Made by a program: the position numbers and the translations under genes. Below are positions 57,053 through 64,000 of a stretch of DNA of 64,000 bases, in pieces (position 1 is the first letter of the stretch; every line of letters begins with the position of its first letter). The notes below the pieces were generated by a model that ran no database searches, had not been told where the DNA came from, and was given only the letters and a program-made list of their open reading frames with translations. The stretch spans positions 5,792,001 through 5,856,000 of the forward strand of contig OY762007.1 in assembly GCA_963665115.1 (NCBI GenBank). Direction: 5' to 3'. This DNA is from an uncultured Rivularia sp. Its GTDB lineage: Bacteria > Cyanobacteriota > Cyanobacteriia > Cyanobacteriales > Nostocaceae.

Positions 57053-57580
57053 TCAACCGAATAAACCTTGGATAAATGCTAGGTTACTGGTTAAAAAGTA
57101 AGCTGTTACCCCACCACCAATACCGCCAATTAGAAAAGCACTAGCAAAGTTGTTCCAACCTTCGGTGGTATTAAAAGCACTAGGGGGGTTGGGGACAGTA
57201 ACAGTGGCAACTGGTTTAGGTGGGTTGCTATTTGCATACAAAGATAAGCAAGCAGTGAGAATCACAACCAGGCCTATTGTGGAAAGCAAGCCAGCTAAAT
57301 TACCACTAGGAGCATTACGCAGTGGTCCCAATTTAGCGAATGGACCGAATAAGAAGTAGCCGTGAGCCATACCAACTTCTAATCCTCGTCTGAACGGAGT
57401 GTGTTCGGGACGATAAGCAGGCAAGTTTCTGATAAACCACTTACTTAGGGGAGAAGAATTTATTGGCGTTTCTAGGTTGCCTAGCTGCGGATTACCTTCC
57501 GCCGCAAAAACAACTTCCTGATTTCTAGGATCGTTAGATTTATTTTTGGATGCATCTGCTGCTTGCGCGATATTTGACAT
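57053..57580 (-). CDS. psaL: Photosystem I subunit XI PsaL
   Basis: GNLETPINSS, NLPAYR and RRGLEVGMAHGYFLFGPF. Confidence 0.97.
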   Translation of the reverse strand: MSNIAQAADASKNKSNDPRNQEVVFAAEGNPQLGNLETPINSSPLSKWFIRNLPAYRPEHTPFRRGLEVGMAHGYFLFGPFAKLGPLRNAPSGNLAGLLSTIGLVVILTACLSLYANSNPPKPVATVTVPNPPSAFNTTEGWNNFASAFLIGGIGGGVTAYFLTSNLAFIQGLFG

Positions 57581-57693
57581 ATTTTATGTTTACCTCTCAA
57601 ATAACTTGATATTTTTCTCCATATTAATAATTGTATCTAGAGGAGATTTTTAACAGTAATTTTTAGAAAAATTAATAAACATAAATATATACA

Positions 57694-57729
57694 AAACTCG
57701 CTTCTACCGCAAAGGGCAAAAGCGAGTTT
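57694..57729 (-). terminator. Stem-loop between psaJ and psaL
   Basis: AAACTCGCTT...AAGCGAGTTT. Confidence 0.6.
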
Positions 57730-57825
57730 CAGAACAAATTATTCCCACAAAAATAGGGGTTTATTCAGACTTGTAAGTTACTTCGGAACTGCTAGCTCCA
57801 AATAAAAATGTCTTGTATACCCAAT

Positions 57826-57960
57826 TTACGGTAGTGGATGGAACAATAGGTCGGGAAAAATGTAGTTGAATGTAATCAACAAAATCGCAGTAAATATTAA
57901 CCAGCCAAACAGTAAGACTGGTGCTAAGGAAAGATACTTCAAAAAATCATTCTGCTGCAT
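57826..57960 (-). CDS. psaJ: Photosystem I subunit IX PsaJ (absent from the ORF track)
   Basis: Hand translation [52 protein letters not shown]. Confidence 0.95.
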   Translation of the reverse strand: MQQNDFLKYLSLAPVLLFGWLIFTAILLITFNYIFPDLLFHPLP

Positions 57961-58150
57961 GGATTTTACTCCCAAATAATGAGCTTTGATGGATTTTGGA
58001 TGAGTAGATTTACGCGCCTGTATAATTAAGAAAAGTTTTTTAAAAGACAGCTAATAAAACAACTATTAATTAACAATAATTAATAATTATTAGCTTGTCT
58101 TTTCATCGCTAAGGTCGCTTAAGTCAAATTTTCTTAACTAACAATTGCTA

Positions 58151-58645
58151 CTAGCGTGGAGAAATTGGAATTTCTTCATCTTTAGCGGTCAATTCACCCG
58201 AAAGGAATTCTTTGATTGCTGCTGCGGGCCAAGCAAAACCGGAAAGCATTAGTGGTAATGCTGTAGGTATGTCGATAATTACTTCCTTCATTTCAGCATC
58301 TTTTTCTCCCCGAACGGCTATGAGGTAAGCTCGACCTACCCAACCAATCCAGCCAGCCATGTAAAGAAACAGAATGCTAGGAATTAAAAAGTCACCAGCA
58401 CGACTCAAACGACCATCAACAATCAAATGAGGTAAACCCTCTGGACCGCATAAAGCCTGAGCGTAACGTTCAAAACGTTTCTCTCCGCTATTAGGGTCGG
58501 AAGTCGTGTTGCGGGCGGCCGCAGCACGTTGTTGAAAGGCAGGAGATTCGCTGCATCGTACTAGATCGGCACCTAGAGCGAAAGCTGGTGGAGCGAAATT
58601 AAACGCCAAACAAACAGCTAAAATTAGAGCAAACAAGCGTCGCAT
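58151..58645 (-). CDS. psaF: Photosystem I subunit III PsaF
   Basis: [25 protein letters not shown] and terminal ISPR. Confidence 0.98.
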   Translation of the reverse strand: MRRLFALILAVCLAFNFAPPAFALGADLVRCSESPAFQQRAAAARNTTSDPNSGEKRFERYAQALCGPEGLPHLIVDGRLSRAGDFLIPSILFLYMAGWIGWVGRAYLIAVRGEKDAEMKEVIIDIPTALPLMLSGFAWPAAAIKEFLSGELTAKDEEIPISPR

Positions 58646-58824
58646 GAAATTGTTTCCCTTTATTACGAAACAAAAATTTTTTGTACAAAACGAAGCGGCT
58701 CGTACAAATGTAAATTTGTCTTACTAAGAAGCGATCATACTCTTGATGCGTAAACTGAGTAAAGTTGAAGTAAATAAAAGTTAAAGCTTCTACAACAAAA
58801 TTTTTATTCACATAATCCTGATAA

Positions 58825-59880
58825 ATGGTAACTGTTTTAGCAATAGAAACTAGCTGCGATGAAACTGCCGTAGCAATTGTTAATAATCGTAAAGTTGTTA
58901 GCAACATTGTTGCTTCGCAAATTTCAGTGCATAAAAACTACGGTGGGGTAGTACCAGAAGTTGCCTCCCGAATGCATCTGGAGACGATAAATCAAGGCGT
59001 AGCCCAAGCTTTGGAACAAGCACAATTAGATTGGTGCGAAATTGACGGTGTAGCCGCAACTTGCGCCCCTGGATTGGTAGGAGCATTGTTAGTAGGATTA
59101 ACTGCCGCAAAAACTCTGTGTATGGTACATTCCTTACCATTCTTAGGAGTTCACCACCTCGAAGGTCATATTTACGCTAATTATTTAACGGAACCAAGTC
59201 TTAAGGCTCCATTTTTAAGCCTATTAGTTTCGGGGGGGCATACGAGCTTAATTCACGTTAAAGATTGTGGAATCTATGAAAGCCTTGGAACTACCCGCGA
59301 TGACGCAGCAGGAGAAGCATTTGACAAAGTAGCGCGATTGTTAAAGCTGGGATATCCTGGCGGACCAATAATCGACAAATTAGCCCAAAATGGAAATTCA
59401 AGCGCTTTCAAATTACCAGAAGGAAGAGTATCTTTACCGTCGGGTGGCTATCATCCCTATGATGCGAGTTTTAGCGGGTTGAAGACAGCCGTATTACGAC
59501 TGGTACAGCAGCTAGAGAAAGATAATCCTGTAGTACCAGTAGCAGATGTAGCAGCCAGCTTTCAGAATACCGTAGCCAGAGCGCTGACCAAAAGGGCTAT
59601 AAATTGCGCCTTAGATTATGGCTTGAACACTATTACCGTAGGTGGCGGAGTCGCAGCTAACAGCGCTTTAAGAGAGCAATTACAAGCAGCAGCACAGACT
59701 CATAACCTGCGAGTGTTATTTCCTTCTCTACAATTTTGTACCGACAACGCCGCCATGATCGGTTGTTGCGCCGCAGATCATCTATCGAGAGGACATATTT
59801 CTTCCTTGAACCTTGGCGTTGAATCAAGATTGGGGTTGAATCGGGTTATGGAGCTTTATTCAGTGAGCAGTGAGCAGTAA
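58825..59880 (+). CDS. tsaD: tRNA N6-threonylcarbamoyltransferase TsaD
   Basis: IETSCDET, HHLEGH, VSGGHT, DDAAGEAFDK and CTDNAAMI. Confidence 0.97.
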   Translation: MVTVLAIETSCDETAVAIVNNRKVVSNIVASQISVHKNYGGVVPEVASRMHLETINQGVAQALEQAQLDWCEIDGVAATCAPGLVGALLVGLTAAKTLCMVHSLPFLGVHHLEGHIYANYLTEPSLKAPFLSLLVSGGHTSLIHVKDCGIYESLGTTRDDAAGEAFDKVARLLKLGYPGGPIIDKLAQNGNSSAFKLPEGRVSLPSGGYHPYDASFSGLKTAVLRLVQQLEKDNPVVPVADVAASFQNTVARALTKRAINCALDYGLNTITVGGGVAANSALREQLQAAAQTHNLRVLFPSLQFCTDNAAMIGCCAADHLSRGHISSLNLGVESRLGLNRVMELYSVSSEQ

Positions 59881-59953
59881 TTGAGGTTAAAGGTTAAAAG
59901 TTAAAATTCTCCGTGTCCGCAATTCCCAACGCCCAATGCCCAATGCCCAATTC

Positions 59954-60892
59954 TCAATTAATAATAGAGCGAATATGTTCGGCGACAATATCTGGCTGTT
60001 CTAACATTGCTAAGTGTCCGCAGTTGGGGATTTCGATCGCGTTGTCACCGCAGTCTTTAAACAAGGGATGGAAACTGGCTAAGTGACGAACGTACTTTGG
60101 CTCCATAACTTTATCTTCGGCACCGGCTAAGAAATATACTGGCTGTTTAAGTTGAGATACTAATTGGGGTAGATAATTTATTTCTTCTTCTGTTGTAGAG
60201 TCTAGTAGCGTTCCTAAAGCGGCTTGGGGATCGGCTACTAAAAAATCAATTATTCGCTGACGCGCCCAACGAGGTTCTAAGGGACGCGCGACGGAATTTC
60301 TGGCAAACAGTAAGTCAATCAAAGGTACTTGTGATAACCATCTGGGACGAAATTGTAAAAAGCGCTGTCCTGCGGTGCGAAATTTTTCAAAAGATTCTTT
60401 AAGATAAATTCCACCACCGGAGTTGATACAGATTACTCCTTTGACTTCTTGAGGCATTCGATCTGCTGCCCATAAAGCGATCGTGCCACCAAGGGAATGA
60501 CCGATCAACCAAACATTATCTAAATTCAACTGTTGCAGCAGCACTACTAAATCCTCTACGTAGGCAGCTGGGGTGTAAAAAGAATCAAAGGGATTATCTG
60601 AAATCTTGCGTCCCGTAACAGTTAAATCTGGGGAAGTGCGATTAGCTCCGCTAGATGAGACAAGCATATCGCGGGCTATATCAGTTTTTTGTTTGGGCTG
60701 AGATTCCCCAAAACCCCGCAAGTCATATGAGAGGCACTTCATCTCTGACTGTAGGCGTTCGATGGCGGGTTGCCAATATTCACGGCTATTTAACCAGCCG
60801 TGAATAAATACTAAGGTGTATTCTGTTGTTTTGGGACCCGTTAGTTCGTATGCGTGGGGAACGCCGAAGATTTCGATAGTTGCCGATCTCAT
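59954..60892 (-). CDS. Alpha/beta fold hydrolase
   Basis: FIHGW, YDLRGFG, GHSLGG and CGHLAMLE. Confidence 0.92.
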   Translation of the reverse strand: MRSATIEIFGVPHAYELTGPKTTEYTLVFIHGWLNSREYWQPAIERLQSEMKCLSYDLRGFGESQPKQKTDIARDMLVSSSGANRTSPDLTVTGRKISDNPFDSFYTPAAYVEDLVVLLQQLNLDNVWLIGHSLGGTIALWAADRMPQEVKGVICINSGGGIYLKESFEKFRTAGQRFLQFRPRWLSQVPLIDLLFARNSVARPLEPRWARQRIIDFLVADPQAALGTLLDSTTEEEINYLPQLVSQLKQPVYFLAGAEDKVMEPKYVRHLASFHPLFKDCGDNAIEIPNCGHLAMLEQPDIVAEHIRSIIN

Positions 60893-61109
60893 AGCACGTA
60901 CCTTTAAGGACATTCTTCGATAAAACAGCTCTGTTTACAAAAAACTAAAAAACTCCCGATTGAATGTTTGCGGCATCAAAGGGCGATCGGAAGGGGAGTT
61001 TTGTGCGGAGGCGAGTATTATGAAAGATGAGATTAGCCAGTTAGCTATATATAGTTTAATTTTTACAGCTACACGCTCGCATTTTTTCTAGTTCTACATA
61101 GTAAGATAT

Positions 61110-61829
61110 TCACCTGCCAAGAAATCTCCCCCGCACGCTTTCGGCAATTTTATGACCCAAATATTCCGGAATTAAGCTTTCATTAGGTCCTAATAAATAA
61201 AGAATCAAGCGTGTACGTCCTCGCCAAACCAGTAAGTTCGCATTGACTACAAGCAAATCCTCTAGCCACATAGCGTACATAACTTTATAGAATAATCCGG
61301 GTTGGTTGTCAGCTTCAATAACTAAAGCTGGTAAATGAAATACTGGATCTACATAAAACTCGGTTTCTACTTTTTCTAAACCAGCATCGAGATTGAATTC
61401 GACTGCTAGCATTTCTTCTACCTCGAAGCGTCCTCCCAAAGCTTCGCGAATTGCACGACAGGCGTTTTCTGCTGTTTTCTCCGAGAGAGCTTTGCTACCG
61501 CGAGAAACAATTAGTTTCATGAAAACCAGCATTGGTGGTTTAATTTGGCCATACAAACTTAAACTGTGAATTGTAAGTCCGTAAGCCGCTAGGACACCAA
61601 AAATATCGCTGAGGAGAAAAGACTGATTGCGGTAGGCGAAATGCAAGGCACTTTTACCGCCTTCGGGTTTCAACTCGATAACGGCACGTCTGGTTTTATA
61701 AAGGCGATATGCTAGGCGCAAATTTTGCAGTTGAATCTCACTGCTGACAAATTGCTCGTAAAACTGGGGAAACGACTTATTAAAGCGTTTGAGTAATTCC
61801 AGTGTTGATGTTTTTAAACCAGAAGCCAT
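61110..61829 (-). CDS. Conserved protein with two ACT-like domains
   Basis: YRNQSFLLSDIFGVLAAYGLTI and EADNQPGLFYKVMYAM resemble ACT beta-alpha-beta segments. Confidence 0.75.
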   Translation of the reverse strand: MASGLKTSTLELLKRFNKSFPQFYEQFVSSEIQLQNLRLAYRLYKTRRAVIELKPEGGKSALHFAYRNQSFLLSDIFGVLAAYGLTIHSLSLYGQIKPPMLVFMKLIVSRGSKALSEKTAENACRAIREALGGRFEVEEMLAVEFNLDAGLEKVETEFYVDPVFHLPALVIEADNQPGLFYKVMYAMWLEDLLVVNANLLVWRGRTRLILYLLGPNESLIPEYLGHKIAESVRGRFLGR

Positions 61830-62222
61830 TTTTAAATCTAAGACGCAGCTTGTTGTGAAAATTGATGCTCGAATGCTCGAATGGAAGATGCCAGAAATGA
61901 AACGTCCCGGTATTTTACAAATATTCCGGGCAAAACTGATGCATTGATTGCCCAGTAGAGCAACATCGTTTAAACGGGATATTTTCGGCGACGGTGACTG
62001 TATTGAGCGGGAAATTGATTGTAACCATATTGCCGTCCCTCAAAATTTTAAGGCAGTGTTGTATACAATTGTTTTTACCTGGGGGGGTAGCTTTTAGTTA
62101 TTTTTTCCGTCCTGTCTGTCAACAAGATGCTAAAGTTGAAAATAATTGATGTTAAACACGTTTTTTCAATGGTGGCTTTTTCTATCGAATCTCTACAAAT
62201 TAACGCAAGTTGGTTGCTGTAG

Positions 62223-62825
<603 letters not shown>

Positions 62826-62895
62826 TCCGCTCCTAAATTACCTAGACTAAAAAATTTACATATTTTAACGTTTAATCGTAAGAAGTCTTCTACCT

Positions 62896-62944
62896 CAACG
62901 CGCACGGTGCCCCTAAATTATATTTATAGGGGTCTGGTGCGTTG
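62896..62944 (+). terminator. Stem-loop after the GNAT gene
   Basis: CAACGC..CCCCTA-loop-TAGGGG..GCGTTG. Confidence 0.5.
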
Positions 62945-63058
62945 GTTCAATTTATTCTCCGTAACTTTCTGCCCATAATGTTTATTTCATGTTTATTTGC
63001 CACAAGTAGATTAAATGTGATAAGGTATGAATGTTGCCGTTTGAAGGGTTAACTTTTA

Positions 63059-63132
63059 CGGGATGTAGCGCAGCTTGGTAGCGCGCCTGCTTTGGGAGCA
63101 GGATGTCGCAGGTTCGAATCCTGTCATCCCGA
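63059..63132 (+). tRNA. trnP: tRNA-Pro (anticodon TGG)
   Basis: Acceptor stem CGGGATG/CATCCCG, anticodon arm CCTGC-TTTGGGA-GCAGG, T-loop GGTTCGAATCC; CCA not encoded. Confidence 0.97.
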
Positions 63133-63715
63133 TTTTAATAATTATTGTCAATTTATTGCCAAATGTTGTTTTAGAGCGATTAGAGCTTCTAAAATTTTTT
63201 AATAGTTACCATTAAAAAATCAAAATACTAATATTATTCTTGCAAAAAGTTAAGTATGTAGTGAGTAATAAACATCATTGTAATACTATTATTCCTCTGT
63301 AAATAGACTGTAGACCTTGGAATGAAAATTATTCTTCATGTCCCGTATAGGCAAGTAAAAGATGCTCTAACTATTAAAAAAGACAACTGAAAAAAGGGTG
63401 TAAAAAATAACTTCCTAATAGAGCTTTCTCTGGAACGATCTTATTTTCCAAAGCGTCAACATTATTTAAGAAAAAGCAATAAAATGGCATTTGACATCTT
63501 TGATAAACAGCAAATTTGGTTTTTGCTTTTGAGTCGAAGAATGTCTTTAGCCAGCATTTTGCCTTGTTTTTTATCAAAATATTGAATAAAACTTGGCTTA
63601 GATGCAAATAACATAGTCAAAAAAAATTCTTGAAGAGACTATAACTGATAGAGTCGGTTAAATCGTTAATCTGACTTGACTCGAATTTACTGAAGTACTG
63701 ATGCTAGGAGAAGTC

Positions 63716-64000
63716 ATGAAATCATTAATTCGCTGGGGAGCAACGTTAGGTTTAGTGGGGAGTACTCTGCTAGCAACTGTCACGAGCGGAATTGCCCCAG
63801 CAATCGCATTATCAGAACAACAAATTAAAAGTAAGCTGGATAATATACCAGTATGGTTGATTACCAATCCACAAGGTTTACCGTTAAGTCGTCCCATACC
63901 CGAAGAAAACGGTAAGAAAACTACTGGTTCTGTAACTGGCGTTTATATGAGCAAACAGGAAGCTCAAGCCTTCATCAGCGAATTACAGAGCGTGAAAGAA
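63716..64000 (+). CDS. tic22: Tic22 family periplasmic chaperone (partial)
   Basis: AGGAG RBS; MKSLIRWGATLGLVG signal peptide, ALSEQQIKSKLDNIPVWLITN.QGLPL and GVYMSKQEAQAF. Confidence 0.9.
   Translation, partial: MKSLIRWGATLGLVGSTLLATVTSGIAPAIALSEQQIKSKLDNIPVWLITNPQGLPLSRPIPEENGKKTTGSVTGVYMSKQEAQAFISELQSVKE

Noticed and set aside
63059..63715. Genomic island integrated at tRNA-Pro
   Set aside because: No integrase and no duplicated tRNA 3' end within the window; tic22 follows directly.

Overview
A 64-kb chromosomal window from an AT-rich heterocyst-forming cyanobacterium (Nostocales, plausibly Rivulariaceae-like; inferred from hetZ/patU, hps genes, HIP1 octamers and heptamer STRR arrays). 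Left half: hpsA, rpmB, htpG, three GT2 glycosyltransferases, clpB, an SLH porin, eno, argC, ribBA, small accessory genes, metH, a DUF559 endonuclease, a hydrolase and nei. Right half is a conserved Nostocales block: ribD, mreBCD, ssb, amiC1, amiC2, murI, sds, hetZ-patU, a transglutaminase, remA, gmk, psaL/J/F, tsaD, a GNAT, tRNA-Pro and tic22. There is no CRISPR array, prophage or intact transposase. Seven genes are split by a single extra base in a short homopolymer, most likely assembly error. The most unusual signals are: (1) a lone DUF559 nuclease gene bracketed by ~40-bp inverted palindromic repeats that also occur inside a MITE elsewhere, a candidate nuclease-plus-repeat unit analogous to REP/RAYT; (2) an ArgC with Ser in place of the catalytic Cys; (3) many nested small mobile repeats (GTAG-tagged REPs, MITEs, HIP1-inserted and self-nested elements), several of which supply gene C-termini; (4) a HetR-type site embedded in the gene divergent from hetZ.
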